The notes beneath the pieces were generated by a model. The model had not been told where the DNA came from and made no database searches. It saw only the letters and a program-made list of their open reading frames with translations. Of a stretch of 64,000 nt of DNA, positions 18,978-28,552 are shown piece after piece. The translations under genes and the position numbers were made by a program. Positions within the stretch are counted from its first letter, which is position 1. Each line of letters begins with the position of its first letter. Where the stretch lies: positions 704,001 through 768,000 of the forward strand of contig CAVXJS010000021.1 in the NCBI GenBank assembly GCA_963762145.1, read 5' to 3'. The stretch comes from an uncultured Candidatus Rokubacteria bacterium. Lineage in GTDB: Bacteria; Methylomirabilota; Methylomirabilia; Rokubacteriales; CSP1-6.

Positions 18978-19138
18978 TGGGCCGCGCGCGCCCGTTCGCG
19001 CGGCCGGACATTGCGAGAGTCTTCTGGGGCGAGCCGGCCTACGTGACGACGACGGGGAGCGGCCGCACGATCCGCATGACCGCGCTCACCTATCATCGCA
19101 AGACGGCGCGCCGGCGGGCGAAGACGCGATCGGCATGA
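18977..19138 (+). CDS. Possible 53-aa small ORF or gene remnant
   Basis: Overlaps the upstream stop (TGATG) and the downstream start (ATGA); not in the ORF track. Confidence 0.35.
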   Translation: MGRARPFARPDIARVFWGEPAYVTTTGSGRTIRMTALTYHRKTARRRAKTRSA

Positions 19139-19482
19139 CCGCCGAGCGGACCGTGCTCGAGCGCACCTACGCCGCCTTCAACGCGCGCGACATCGCCACG
19201 GTCCTGGCCGTGATGCATCCCGACGTGATCTGGCCCAACGGCATGGAAGGCGGCACGATGGTCGGCCACGCCGCCGTCCGCGCCTACTGGACGCGCCAGT
19301 GGGCCGTCGTCGATCCGCGCGTGGAGCCGCGCGGCTTCGCCGTCGAGGCGGACGGGCGGGTCGCGGTGACCGTGCGTCAGCTCGTGCGCGATCTGGCCGG
19401 CGCCGTCCTCAAGGAGGCCACCGTCGAGCACGTCTACGCGTTCGAGGACGGCCTGATCAAGTCCATGGAGATCCGCGCGTGA
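19135..19482 (+). CDS. SnoaL/NTF2-like protein
   Basis: YAAFNARDI, HPDVIWPNGMEGG, AVRAYWTRQW. Confidence 0.88.
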   Translation: MTAERTVLERTYAAFNARDIATVLAVMHPDVIWPNGMEGGTMVGHAAVRAYWTRQWAVVDPRVEPRGFAVEADGRVAVTVRQLVRDLAGAVLKEATVEHVYAFEDGLIKSMEIRA

Positions 19483-19958
19483 TCCGCATCGCGAGCCTGG
19501 GCCTGGCGCTCCTGCTGGGCCTGCCCCTCTCGGCCGCGACGCTCGAGGCCGATCCGGCGCTCGCCCGCCTGGCCGAGCAGAGCGGCTGCGCCGGCCGGCC
19601 GCTTCACTACGCGGCGGGCTACTTCTCGCCGGCGGATCGGGACAGCGGCATCTTCTGGTGCCGGCGCGACGAGCGGCACGCGGAGGACGGCCGCGTCGTC
19701 ATCGTGGTGGTGGACCGGCATCAGACGCGGCGCCTCGAGTGCCCGAACGTGATCGTCGCCATCAACGAGCCGGCCGCGCTCCGGGTGCTGCACGACGCTA
19801 GGCTGCCGCTGACCGCGTTCGTCGTCCGGCACGAGCCGTGGCGCACGGGACCCGCGGGCCAGGTCACCACCGGGCCCGTCGTGGACGCGGCGGACGGCGC
19901 CGTCGGCGAGCAATGGGTCTGTCACCAGGGCGCGTGGCTGGTCCGCGTCCACCACTGA
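19479..19958 (+). CDS. Secreted hypothetical protein (4 Cys)
   Basis: GTG overlaps the upstream stop; signal peptide. Confidence 0.6.
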   Translation: MIRIASLGLALLLGLPLSAATLEADPALARLAEQSGCAGRPLHYAAGYFSPADRDSGIFWCRRDERHAEDGRVVIVVVDRHQTRRLECPNVIVAINEPAALRVLHDARLPLTAFVVRHEPWRTGPAGQVTTGPVVDAADGAVGEQWVCHQGAWLVRVHH

Positions 19959-19972
19959 CGCGCGGAGGCATC

Positions 19973-20410
19973 ATGCGGCTCCAGAGCTTCTACCCGATCG
20001 TGGTCACCGAGCACCTCACCGCCTGCCGCGACTTCTATCGTCGCTGGTTCGGGCTCGAGGTGGTCTTCGAGGCGACCTGGTTCGTCCTCCTGACCGCGGG
20101 CGAGTCGGGCCCGGCCAGCCTCGCGTTCATGCACCCGAGACACCCGTCCGCGCCGCCCGGGCCTGAGCAATTCACCGGCCAGGGCATGTGTCTCGAGTTC
20201 CAGGTCGAGGACGCACGGGCCGAGCACGAGCGCCTCGCGCGCGAGGGCGCCCCGATCACCCTGTCGCTCCGGGACGAGCCCTTCGGCCAGCGGCGCTTCG
20301 GCCTCTTCGACCCGGCCGGCGTGTGGATCGACGTCGTCGAGCAGATCGAGCCCGCCACGGGCTGGTGGGATCAATACCTCGTGCCCGACCCTCGACCCGA
20401 CTCCCGGTGA
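19973..20410 (+). CDS. VOC/glyoxalase family protein
   Basis: RDFY...FG, EFQVED, LRDEPFGQRRF..FDPAGVWIDV. Confidence 0.88.
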   Translation: MRLQSFYPIVVTEHLTACRDFYRRWFGLEVVFEATWFVLLTAGESGPASLAFMHPRHPSAPPGPEQFTGQGMCLEFQVEDARAEHERLAREGAPITLSLRDEPFGQRRFGLFDPAGVWIDVVEQIEPATGWWDQYLVPDPRPDSR

Positions 20411-20425
20411 GACCGCTGGTCGCGG

Positions 20426-20872
20426 TCAGTGAGAAGCACCGCTTTCGAGCATCAGGCTGCTGAGCACATCGCCGCGGCTCACGATGCCGGCCAGGATGAC
20501 CTTCCGGCCCCGGCCGTCGACGACCGGAAGACTGCGTAGCCTGGACGAGAGCATGTGGTCTATCGCGGTAGCCACCGAGTCATCGGGCGCGAGCGTCACG
20601 ACCCGACGCCTCATGATGTCATCGACGTGTTCTGCCCACAGAACACTCAGCTCGGGGAGAAGACGTTGCGGGCCATGACGGACGACGCGTAGCAGATCGA
20701 GCTTGGTGACGATGCCGAGCAGGGCGTCTGCCTCATCGACGACCGGAAAGGCGTTGAACCCGTACGAGAGGAACAGGTGTTGAAGAGTGCGCACGGATGT
20801 CTTGGGCGTGACGGTCCGTGGCCGGGTCGTCATGATGTCTCGTATCATCACCGGCGCGATGTGCCTAACCAT
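20426..20872 (-). CDS. CBS domain protein
   Basis: Two CBS repeats (DIMT..P, FPVVD...LLGIVT; LPVVD...GIVSRGD). Confidence 0.88.
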   Translation of the reverse strand: MVRHIAPVMIRDIMTTRPRTVTPKTSVRTLQHLFLSYGFNAFPVVDEADALLGIVTKLDLLRVVRHGPQRLLPELSVLWAEHVDDIMRRRVVTLAPDDSVATAIDHMLSSRLRSLPVVDGRGRKVILAGIVSRGDVLSSLMLESGASH

Positions 20873-22610
20873 GGGCCCCTCCTCGGTGAAACAGCTCGGC
20901 TCGGATCCGCGCCCGTTCCTCGTCCAGCTGATCGGGAGTCGCTCCAAGCCGTCGCAGAATGCTGTCGGTCATCGCCAGCACGACTTCCCCTTCTCCCGAG
21001 ACGACCTCGTTGGCGCCAACCTCGAGCAAGGACGCTGACTGGCCCAAGTAGTCGGCTCGCGCGACGACGTGGATCCTGGGATTGATCCGGCGCGCGGCCC
21101 GGATGACCTCGGCGGCCCCCGCGGATCCCGACGCACTCAGGATGATGGTCTGGGCACTGGCGACGCCGGCCTGCTCGAGGACGTTCGTTTGATTCGCGTC
21201 GCCGTAAACCGCGCGCTGGCCTTGAGCGCGAAGGCTGCGAAAGGTCTCGATATTCATCTCGATGATGGTTGGCTCGATTCCCCGCTCTCGCAAGAGCCTG
21301 GCTATCGTTTGCCCGATCGGGCCGTGGCCGACCACGACGGCTTGGTAGGCCGGTGTCGGGTGGGTCTCGGTCGCGGCCGTCGAGGTCTCGGCATGCGCGC
21401 CTCGGTTGAGCAGGCGCCACAGCCTCGGGTGTCGCGCCAGGAATGCCTCCATCGAGCCGAGACTCCGATACAGGATCGGGTTGAGCATGATGGACACGAT
21501 GGCGGCGGTGACAATAGGATTGATCGCCGCATCCGGGAGAACTCCAAGCTCCTTGCCCAGGACGGCCAAGAGGAAGGAGAACTCACCGATCTGGGCGAGC
21601 GCGATGGCCACTCCCAGCCCGATGCGAGAGCGGTATCCGAGCAGCGCGACGATGATCATCGCGGCGAGCGGCTTGCCGATCATGACGATCGAGAGGGTGG
21701 CGAGAATCAGCAAGGGCGCGGTCATGATCTGCCAAGGATCCAACAGCATTCCCACCGAAAGGAAGAACATCACCGCGAAGGCGTCCCGCATCGGGAGTGC
21801 CTCCGCCCCGGCCCGGGCGCTGAACTCGGACTGTCCGACGACCATGCCGGCCAGGAACGCGCCCAGGGCCATCGACACGCCAAAGAAATACGTGGACGCG
21901 ACGGCGATGCCCAGGGCGATCGCGAGCACGCTCAACGTGAAGAGCTCCCGGGAGTGCGTCTCGGCGATCTTGTTCAGGAACCAGGGAATGACGCGGCCGC
22001 CCGCAACCAGGGTGAAGGCGACGAACGCCGCCAGCTTCAGGATGGCCGAAGCGACTGCGATCGGCACGCTCGCAGTGTGATCTGCGCCCGAAGCGACGGA
22101 GACCACGGGGAGGAGCACCAGGACCAGCACGGTGAAGATGTCCTCCACCACCAGCCAGCCGATCGCGATGCGTCCCGTCGGACTCAGCAGGGCGTCGTTA
22201 TCGACGAGCACGCGCGTGAGCACGACGGTACTCGCGACCGAGAGCGCCAACCCGAAGACGATTCCCGCCGACCAGCTCCAGCCGAATGCGATCGCCGCCG
22301 CCGCTCCCAGCAGGGTCGCGACCGTGCTCTGGCAGATCGCGCCCGCGATCGCGACGGTTCGTACCGCGAGCAGGTCCTTCAGGTGAAAGTGCAGACCGAC
22401 GCCGAACATCAGCAAGATCACGCCCACTTCCGCCAGCTGATCGGCGAGGTGCTTGTCGGCCACGAACCCGGGGGTGTACGGCCCGACGAGAACGCCGGCC
22501 AGCAGGTATCCGACAATGGGAGACCAGCCGAGGCGGTGGGTGACGTAGCCGAAGGTCAGCGCTCCGATGAATCCGGCGGCCAACGTGAGGATCAGAGCAA
22601 GATTGTCCAC
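20865..22610 (-). CDS. CPA2 cation:proton antiporter with TrkA-N domain (YbaL/Kef-like)
   Basis: LAEVGVILLMFGVGLHF, SVASTVV, GWLVVED, LAQIGEFSF, VVVGHGPIG. Confidence 0.92.
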   Translation of the reverse strand: MDNLALILTLAAGFIGALTFGYVTHRLGWSPIVGYLLAGVLVGPYTPGFVADKHLADQLAEVGVILLMFGVGLHFHLKDLLAVRTVAIAGAICQSTVATLLGAAAAIAFGWSWSAGIVFGLALSVASTVVLTRVLVDNDALLSPTGRIAIGWLVVEDIFTVLVLVLLPVVSVASGADHTASVPIAVASAILKLAAFVAFTLVAGGRVIPWFLNKIAETHSRELFTLSVLAIALGIAVASTYFFGVSMALGAFLAGMVVGQSEFSARAGAEALPMRDAFAVMFFLSVGMLLDPWQIMTAPLLILATLSIVMIGKPLAAMIIVALLGYRSRIGLGVAIALAQIGEFSFLLAVLGKELGVLPDAAINPIVTAAIVSIMLNPILYRSLGSMEAFLARHPRLWRLLNRGAHAETSTAATETHPTPAYQAVVVGHGPIGQTIARLLRERGIEPTIIEMNIETFRSLRAQGQRAVYGDANQTNVLEQAGVASAQTIILSASGSAGAAEVIRAARRINPRIHVVARADYLGQSASLLEVGANEVVSGEGEVVLAMTDSILRRLGATPDQLDEERARIRAELFHRGGAHG

Positions 22611-22709
22611 CCCTATTCACCTCGGCTCAGCAGTCGGGTCAGGAAGGTCACGGGCTCCAGACGGCGGACTTCTGCCGCTGGACTACACCGGAGCAGAAGC
22701 GGCCAGCCG

Positions 22710-23024
22710 CTAGGCGGGAAGCGGCGGGTCAGCTTCGGAAGTCAGCGCTTCGGATTCGTCCTGCGGATTCCGGAAGGGGACAAAGGTGCGAGGAGACGTG
22801 GCCGCTCGGCGCAGCGCCGCCGCACGCGGCATCGGAGCCGCCTGCGCGATGGCCGGGAACCGATGGGGGGCCGCAGGCAGCTGGACAGAGGCGGTCTGAA
22901 TCGACACACGCCGTGCAATCTCGAGAGATTGTCCGGGGTCGAATTGGAACGCCCCCGGCGACAGGGGCATGGCCAGATCACACAGGAACAGTATGGCGAC
23001 CAGCGCCCACACTCGATTCATCAC
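22710..23024 (-). CDS. Hypothetical protein
   Basis: ORF with hydrophobic N-terminus; no recognised family. Confidence 0.4.
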   Translation of the reverse strand: MMNRVWALVAILFLCDLAMPLSPGAFQFDPGQSLEIARRVSIQTASVQLPAAPHRFPAIAQAAPMPRAAALRRAATSPRTFVPFRNPQDESEALTSEADPPLPA

Positions 23025-23076
23025 GGGCCCATGGTAGCAAGCTCACCGGACACCCACAACCCGGCGCTCCTTCCGC

Positions 23077-23820
23077 TCAGCCGGCTGACGTCGTCGCGAG
23101 GATCCGCTTCTCGTAGAGCGCGGCCAGGATCTCGTCCACGCACGCGGCCGCCCAGAGGTCGAAGAACGGGCCGGCCTGCATGGCCGCGAACTCCCGCATC
23201 CCGCGGTCCCGCCCCTGCTCCTCCGTCTCGGCCCCGCGCGCGGCCTGCTGGTGGGCGCGCACCGGATCCTTGTGGTAGATGGCCGGGTACTCCATGTAGC
23301 GGTGGAGCTCCTGGAGATCCTTGGTGTAGACCGCCACCACCGGCACCGAGGCCCACTCCGCGCCGTTCCTGGCGTTCAGGAACTCGAGCATGAGGTCGTG
23401 GTTGCCGTCCGGCGCGCCGGCCGGATCCGGACGCCGCGTGCCCAGGACCTTCCGGCCGTCGCGGTTGAAGATGCGCAGCTCGAGGCCGCCCGCCTCGGCC
23501 AGCCGCGCGAGCCACGGCAGGTCGCGGCGGCAGTCGGACGACCAGTCCTCCGAGATCACCAGGATCTTCGCGGGGCCGCCCGGCTGGGCCGCCAGCCACT
23601 TGATCGCGGAGGCCTGGTAGTCGTGGAGGCGCGCCCGCGCGTAGCGTTCGCGGAACACCGCGCTGTTGTCCTTGCGCGGGGCGGGCTTGGCCCCGCCGTC
23701 CGGGAAGTAGCTGCCGAACGCCTCGCGGGCGAGATTCTCCGCGCTGCCGACATAGGTCACGTACTCGTCGAAGGTCCTGCCCTTGGCGAACCGCTCGGGC
23801 GTCACCGCGCTCTTGGCCAT
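23077..23820 (-). CDS. Thioredoxin-like protein (Thioredoxin_9-like) with SxxC motif
   Basis: LVISEDWSSDC..D.P.L, LRIFNRD, SVPV; GGAGG RBS. Confidence 0.8.
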   Translation of the reverse strand: MAKSAVTPERFAKGRTFDEYVTYVGSAENLAREAFGSYFPDGGAKPAPRKDNSAVFRERYARARLHDYQASAIKWLAAQPGGPAKILVISEDWSSDCRRDLPWLARLAEAGGLELRIFNRDGRKVLGTRRPDPAGAPDGNHDLMLEFLNARNGAEWASVPVVAVYTKDLQELHRYMEYPAIYHKDPVRAHQQAARGAETEEQGRDRGMREFAAMQAGPFFDLWAAACVDEILAALYEKRILATTSAG

Positions 23821-23872
23821 CTCCTCCTCCTGGGCTCGGATGCTATGCTCACCAACCGAGAGGAGAATATAC

Positions 23873-24115
23873 ATGCTGGAGCTGCGGCCGGGCTGTGAAT
23901 GCTGCGATCGGGATCTGCCGCCGGGCGCGGAGGACGCGCGCATCTGCTCCTTCGAGTGCACCTTCTGTCGCGCCTGCGCGGAGACCGTGCTCCACGGCCG
24001 CTGTCCCAATTGCGGCGGCGAGCTGGTGCCGCGCCCCCGCCGGCCCGCGGACAAGCTCGCGAAGTTCCCGGCCTCCGCCGCGCGCGTACACAAGCCCGCG
24101 GGCCGCGCCCGCTGA
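23873..24115 (+). CDS. DUF1272 family Cys-rich protein
   Basis: MLELRP.CECCDRDLPP, ICSFECTFC..C, CPNCGGELV.RP. Confidence 0.9.
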   Translation: MLELRPGCECCDRDLPPGAEDARICSFECTFCRACAETVLHGRCPNCGGELVPRPRRPADKLAKFPASAARVHKPAGRAR

Positions 24116-24121
24116 GGCGCG

Positions 24122-25024
24122 ATGCCCGCCCGCGTGCTGCACGTCGACGCCTTCGCGCCGCGGCCCGGCATGGGCAATCCCGCCGGCGTCGTGCTCGACG
24201 CGGACGGGCTCTCCGACGCGACCATGCAGGCGATCGCGCAGGCGGTCGGCTTCAACGAGACCGCCTTCGTGCTGCGGTCGACCCGGGCCGACCTGCGGCT
24301 GCGCTACTTCACGCCCGGCCACGAGGTGGACCTCTGCGGCCACGCCACCGTGGGCTCCTTCGTGGCGCTCCACCAGCACGGCCGGCTGCCCGGCGGCGGA
24401 TTCCCGCGGCGCCTCACGCTCGAGACGCGCGCCGGACTCCTGCCGGTCACGGTGGAGCTGGGCGGCGCGGGCGAGCCGGTCGTGATCATGGCCCAGGCGC
24501 CCGCCCAGTTCGAATCCTTCGCGGGTGATCCCGCCGCGCTCGCGCGCGTGCTCGGCATCGCGCCGGACGATCTGCGCGCCGACCTGCCGATCCTCTACGG
24601 CAGCACCGGCCTCTGGACCCTGGTGGTGCCGGTGCAGGGGCTCGGCGCGATCCGGCGCATGAGGCCGCTCACCGCCGACTTCCCCTCGGTGCTCACCGAG
24701 CGGCCCGGCGCGTCCATCCACCCGTTCTGCCTCGAGACCATCGACCCGGACGCGCACATGCACGCGCGCCACTTCTCCTCGCCGCGGTCGGGCACCGTGG
24801 AGGATCCGGTCACCGGCACCGCCTCCGGCGTGCTCGGCGCGTACCATCGCGAGTTCATCGCGGACGAGGGGCCCTCGCCGCTGGTGGTCGAGCAGGGGCA
24901 GGAGATCGGCCGCGACGGGCGCGTGCGGGTCTGGGTGGCGCGGCGCGACGGCCGGTGCCACGTGCGCGTCGGCGGCACGGGCTGCTTCGTGCGCGAGCTG
25001 GCCATCGAGGTGGCGCATGCCTGA
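24122..25024 (+). CDS. PhzF family isomerase
   Basis: VDAF....GNPAGVV, ETAFV, EVDLCGHAT, EDPVTGTA. Confidence 0.92.
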   Translation: MPARVLHVDAFAPRPGMGNPAGVVLDADGLSDATMQAIAQAVGFNETAFVLRSTRADLRLRYFTPGHEVDLCGHATVGSFVALHQHGRLPGGGFPRRLTLETRAGLLPVTVELGGAGEPVVIMAQAPAQFESFAGDPAALARVLGIAPDDLRADLPILYGSTGLWTLVVPVQGLGAIRRMRPLTADFPSVLTERPGASIHPFCLETIDPDAHMHARHFSSPRSGTVEDPVTGTASGVLGAYHREFIADEGPSPLVVEQGQEIGRDGRVRVWVARRDGRCHVRVGGTGCFVRELAIEVAHA

Positions 25025-25484
25025 GCCGCCGCTCGCGTTTCGCCGCGCCCGCGCGGAGGACGTCCCCGACATCGTGCGCATGCTCGCCGACGACCCGCTC
25101 GGAGCCACGCGGGAGCGCGACGAGCACCCGCTCCCCGAATCCTACGCGCGGGCCTTTCGCGCCATCGACGCGGATCCCAACAACGAGCTCGTGGTGGCCT
25201 GCCGCGGCGAGCGCGTCGTGGGCGTGCTGCAGCTTACGTATCTCCCCTCCCTCACCTACCAGGGCGGCTGGCGCGCCCTGATCGAGGGCGTGCGCGTGGC
25301 GAGCGGCGAGCGGTCACAGGGATCGGGGAAGGCCCTCTTCGAGTGGGCGATCGCGCGGGCCCGCGAGCGCGGCTGCCACATGGCGCAGCTCACCACCGAC
25401 AAGGCCCGCCCCGACGCCCGGCGCTTCTACGAGAGCCTGGGCTTCGTGGCCTCTCACGAAGGGATGAAGCTGCGGCTCGGCTGA
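25017..25484 (+). CDS. GNAT N-acetyltransferase
   Basis: IEGVRV....R..G.G, QLTTDK.R.DA.RFYE.LGF. Confidence 0.9.
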   Translation: MPEPPLAFRRARAEDVPDIVRMLADDPLGATRERDEHPLPESYARAFRAIDADPNNELVVACRGERVVGVLQLTYLPSLTYQGGWRALIEGVRVASGERSQGSGKALFEWAIARARERGCHMAQLTTDKARPDARRFYESLGFVASHEGMKLRLG

Positions 25485-26605
25485 GGCCGGGTGGCTACCC
25501 GATCCAGCGCCTCGAAGAAGCGCTCCACATCGTCGCGGTCGTCGTGCACGTGGGGCGAGACGCGGATGCGCCCTTCGCCGCCCCACACCAGCACCCGCTC
25601 GGTGGCCAGCTTCGCGGCGAGCCCGGCCGCGTCCTCGGCGAGGAAGCACACGTTGCCCCCGCGCTCCTCGGGCGCGTCGGGCGTGATCACCGGCCAGCCG
25701 CGCGTCTTGAGGCCCTCGATCAGCTCGGTCCCGAGCTCCTGCGCGTGACGCAGGACGTCCGCCGGGGCGATCCGCTCGAGGCGCGCCAGCGCGCTGTCGA
25801 GTACGGCCAGGCCGAGCAGGCTCGGGTTGCCCGCCTCGAGGCGCGAGGCGTCCGCTCGCCACGGCATCGCGAGCGGATCCTCGAGGCCGCCGCGATGGCC
25901 GACGCTGTGCCAGCCGACGGTGGCCGGCTGCAGCTCGCCCACGCGCCGCGCGCTGTAGGCGAAGAGCCCGACGCCGTGGGTGGCCAGCAGCCACTTGTAG
26001 CAGCTCGACACCACGAAGTCGCAGAGCGCGCCGGGCACCGGGACCACACCGGCCGCGTGCGTGGCGTCCACCGCCAGCCGCGCGCCCGCGCGGTTTGCCA
26101 GCTCGGCGCAGCGGACCAGGTCGAGGCGCTGCCCGGTGAGATAGCTCACGTGGCTGACGAGCAGGAGCCGCGTACGCCGGTCGACCCGCGCGGCCAGATC
26201 GTCCATCGCCACGTAGTGGCCGCGCGCGCGGACCACCCGCGGCTCCACGCCCCGCTCCCGCAGGAGCGCCGCCGGGTAGATCAGCGAGGGGTACTCGACG
26301 TCGGCGAAGACGACGTTGTCGCCCGCGCGCCACTCCACCGAGCGCACCGCCTGGTTGAGCCCTTCCGAGGAATGGGCCAGGAAGGCGACCTCGCCGGGCT
26401 CGACGCCCAGCAGCCGCGCGGCGCGGGTGCGCGCCCGCTCGCCGATGACGAACATCTCCTCGCGCCCGGCCATGCCCGCGCTCTTGAGCGCGCCGAAGCG
26501 CTCGCAGGCGGCGGTGTGCGCGCGCAGCCACGGCGCCTCGCCGCCGGTGCAGAGGTGAGCCACGCCATCGAGGCCGACGAACTCGCTCTTGTCGATCAGG
26601 GCCAT
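25454..26605 (-). CDS. Aminotransferase class V / cysteine desulfurase-like PLP enzyme
   Basis: SHVSYLTG, VDATHAAG, SCYKWLL PLP lysine, RVSPH. Confidence 0.88.
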   Translation of the reverse strand: MALIDKSEFVGLDGVAHLCTGGEAPWLRAHTAACERFGALKSAGMAGREEMFVIGERARTRAARLLGVEPGEVAFLAHSSEGLNQAVRSVEWRAGDNVVFADVEYPSLIYPAALLRERGVEPRVVRARGHYVAMDDLAARVDRRTRLLLVSHVSYLTGQRLDLVRCAELANRAGARLAVDATHAAGVVPVPGALCDFVVSSCYKWLLATHGVGLFAYSARRVGELQPATVGWHSVGHRGGLEDPLAMPWRADASRLEAGNPSLLGLAVLDSALARLERIAPADVLRHAQELGTELIEGLKTRGWPVITPDAPEERGGNVCFLAEDAAGLAAKLATERVLVWGGEGRIRVSPHVHDDRDDVERFFEALDRVATRPQPSRSFIPS

Positions 26606-26754
26606 TGGATCCCTCCCGTTCTGCGGGGTACCCTAGCACGAGGCGACCCGGGGTAGGACTATGGTCCAATGGTGCCCACCATGCGCGGGCGCGCATATTG
26701 ACCGGCACTTTCCAATGTAACCCGGTGAGAGGGTGGTAGCCGGGGAGGACGACC

Positions 26755-27756
26755 ATGACGACTCCAGGAGAGACGAGCGTCAAGCTGTACCGCGCGGCCG
26801 ATGCTCCCCCAGCCGCCCTGGCCGGGGAAGCGGTCGCGGTGCTCGGCTACGGGAATCTGGGCCGCACGGCCGCCCTCAATCTTCGGGATTCCGGGGCCAA
26901 GGTCCGGATCGGCAACCGGGAGGACGAGTACGCCGAGCGCGCCCGGGCCGAGGGGTTCGAGGTGGTCCCCATCGCGGCCGCCGCGACCGACGACATCGTG
27001 TTCATCCTTCTCAGCGACGAGGTCATCCCCCTGGTGTTCGCCACCGAGATCGCGCCCGCGCTCAGACCCGGGAGCGCCATCGCCTTCGGCTCCGGCTACA
27101 GCGTAGCCTTCGGCCTCATCCATCCGCCCGAGACCGTGGACGTGCTCCTGGTGGCGCCCCGCATGGCCGGCCAGACCGCGCGGACGCGTTACCAGGAGGG
27201 GCGCGGCTTCTGGGCCTGCGTCGGCGTGGAGGCGGATCGGAGCGGGCGGGCCCGACAGCGCATGCTGGGGCTCGCCGACGGCCTCGGCGCCCTCCAGGCC
27301 GGTGCCGTGCAGATGAGCGCCAAGGTCGAGGCCACGCTCGATCTCTTCGTGGAGCAGACGGTCGGAGCCGTCCTGGGCATGGCGATCATGACCGCCTTCG
27401 ACGTCGCGCGCGACGCCGGCGTGCCCGGCGAGGCGCTGGTCCTGGAGATGTACATGTCGGGCGAGATGGAGGCGGTCTTCCAGGGCTTCCGCGAGAGCGG
27501 CTTCTTCCGCGCCTCCGAGGATCACGGGCCGACCGCGGTCTTCGGCGGCATCCAGCGCACGCTGGAGATGGATCGAGAGGGGATGGCCGAGAGCTTCCGC
27601 AAGATCCTCGAGGACATCTCGTCCGGTGGCTTCGCCCACCGGTTCCAGGAGGAGGCCCGGAACGGGTATCCGATGCTCGAGTTCGCCCGGGCCATGATGC
27701 ACGGGGGCTCGCCGATCACTGACGCGGAGAGTCAGGTCAGGCGGCTGCGCGACTAG
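26755..27756 (+). CDS. Ketol-acid reductoisomerase-like protein (class I, divergent IlvC)
   Basis: VAVLGYG..G...ALNLRDSG, VAPRM.G, E..LDLF.EQ, LEMYMSGE. Confidence 0.85.
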   Translation: MTTPGETSVKLYRAADAPPAALAGEAVAVLGYGNLGRTAALNLRDSGAKVRIGNREDEYAERARAEGFEVVPIAAAATDDIVFILLSDEVIPLVFATEIAPALRPGSAIAFGSGYSVAFGLIHPPETVDVLLVAPRMAGQTARTRYQEGRGFWACVGVEADRSGRARQRMLGLADGLGALQAGAVQMSAKVEATLDLFVEQTVGAVLGMAIMTAFDVARDAGVPGEALVLEMYMSGEMEAVFQGFRESGFFRASEDHGPTAVFGGIQRTLEMDREGMAESFRKILEDISSGGFAHRFQEEARNGYPMLEFARAMMHGGSPITDAESQVRRLRD

Positions 27757-27866
27757 CCGTTGGGCCGCCGCCCCAAACTTCCGGTCAAAGTTTCCCGGTT
27801 CTCTCGCGAGGCGTCGTTCCGCCTCCGGAACCCCGCGTTTCGGCCCGCTTCCTCGGCGGACCTCGG

Positions 27867-27882
27867 TGGCACCTCGGTTGCA
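27867..27882 (+). promoter_or_regulatory. Sigma-54 -24/-12 promoter
   Basis: TGGCACCTCGGTTGCA matches TGGCAC-N5-TTGCW; upstream of ATG 27904. Confidence 0.75.
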
Positions 27883-27903
27883 ACTCTCGTCGACGTGCCC
27901 AGC

Positions 27904-28545
27904 ATGACCACGATGCGAACGTGGAGCCCGTGGGCGCGCGAGTACGCGCGAGAGCCGGGACGCTACGTCTTCGGCACCGCGCCGTCGGACTGGGCGCGCG
28001 AGGTGGCCTGCCTCGTCCGGCCCGGCGACGCGGTGCTGGACCTGGGCTGCGGCGAGGGACGCGACAGCGTGTTCTTCGCCGGGCTGGGCGCGATGGTCAC
28101 CGGCCTGGACGAGGCCGCCGGCGGTCTCGACAAGGCGCGGCGCCTGGCCCGCCAGCGCCGCGTGCGCGTGCGCTGGATCGAGGGCGACATGACCGAGGTG
28201 TTGCCCGCGGGCCGCTTCGACCTGATCTTCTCGTGCGGCACCATCCACTACGTGCCCCGGAGCGAGCGCCGGTGCCTATTCCGGCGCCTCGCGGCCATGA
28301 CGCGCCCGGGCGGGCACCAGGCGCACGTGGTCTTCACCGACCGGCACGTGCACGAAGAGAAGGGGGAGATCGTGGACTACTTCACCGCGGGAGAGCTGCG
28401 TGAGGCGTTCGTCGAGTGGCAGGTCCTGCGAAACGGCGAGCGCATGATCAGCTGCGCCCAGGACGGGAGCGTGCACGGCCATTCCGTCGAGGAGCTGGTG
28501 GCCGCGCGGCCGGTGGTGCCGGCGCCGTGGCCGGCCGAGCCGTGA
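27904..28545 (+). CDS. Class I SAM-dependent methyltransferase (TehB-like)
   Basis: VLDLGCGEGRDSVF, FDLIFS.GT.HY, TRPGG. Confidence 0.88.
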   Translation: MTTMRTWSPWAREYAREPGRYVFGTAPSDWAREVACLVRPGDAVLDLGCGEGRDSVFFAGLGAMVTGLDEAAGGLDKARRLARQRRVRVRWIEGDMTEVLPAGRFDLIFSCGTIHYVPRSERRCLFRRLAAMTRPGGHQAHVVFTDRHVHEEKGEIVDYFTAGELREAFVEWQVLRNGERMISCAQDGSVHGHSVEELVAARPVVPAPWPAEP

Positions 28546-28552
28546 TCCGCCT

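Noticed and set aside
21069-23393. Long antisense or alternative-frame ORFs (also 44606-47659, 37028-38905, 40094-42094, 12149-14014)
   Set aside because: Shadow ORFs expected in high-GC DNA; they overlap well-supported genes and are Arg/Gly/Ala/Pro-rich without motifs.
24122-25024. Phenazine biosynthesis (two PhzF genes, second at 57998-58909)
   Set aside because: No other phz genes; PhzF-like isomerases are commonly stand-alone.
26660-26754. Sigma-54 box upstream of the KARI-like gene
   Set aside because: Best candidates have GG-N9-GC spacing or TTGA instead of TTGC.
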